Positions 63,881 through 64,000 of a stretch of 64,000 nucleotides of DNA are shown piece by piece. The position numbers and the translations under genes were made by a program. The notes below the pieces were generated by a model that had not been told where the DNA came from, did no database searches, and worked only from the letters and a program-made list of their open reading frames with translations. Origin of the DNA: Camelus dromedarius (taxonomy: Eukaryota); contig NC_087437.1 in assembly GCF_036321535.1 (NCBI RefSeq), forward strand, positions 73,534,001 through 73,598,000, written 5' to 3'. Positions within the stretch are counted from its first letter, which is position 1. Each line of letters opens with the position of its first letter.

Positions 63881-64000
63881 GGAAGATGACAAGCTGGCCA
63901 GTTGAGGTGAGAGGAGTACACCAGGCAAGGGTATTGTCAAAGAATCGTAGGGCCAAGTGATTTCACAAGGAAGGAACAGTGACAGCTTCAAATATGGCTG

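Overview
Gene-poor, repeat-rich mammalian genomic DNA, most likely camelid (a tRNA-derived SINE matching my recollection of the camelid Vic-1 type, plus a Laurasiatherian-type L1). No prokaryotic systems, CRISPR arrays, rRNA or true tRNA genes are visible. Most of the window is ancient eutherian repeats: MIR, L2, L3/CR1, MER5, MER58, MER44/Tigger7, MLT1 LTRs, an ERVL gag-pol remnant and old L1s. Repeat family names come from recalled consensus sequences, and repeat boundaries are approximate unless a TSD is given. Main signals: (1) a 3.08-kb TSD-flanked L1 derivative (50148-53224, minus) with full 5'UTR and near-intact ORF1 but almost all of ORF2 missing and the ORF2 tail carrying three stops, i.e. 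a candidate ORF1-only half-L1 (HAL1-like) element; (2) a compact 3-exon orphan gene model (24842-25949, plus; about 266 aa when repaired) broken by two small frameshifts; (3) an orphan CpG island at about 32.75-33.03 kb with GC box, YY1 motif and splice sites on both strands, plus a chain of candidate minus-strand exons; (4) a second disrupted basic ORF followed by AATAAA (1742-1266, minus). I could not assign a gene symbol to any host-gene candidate.
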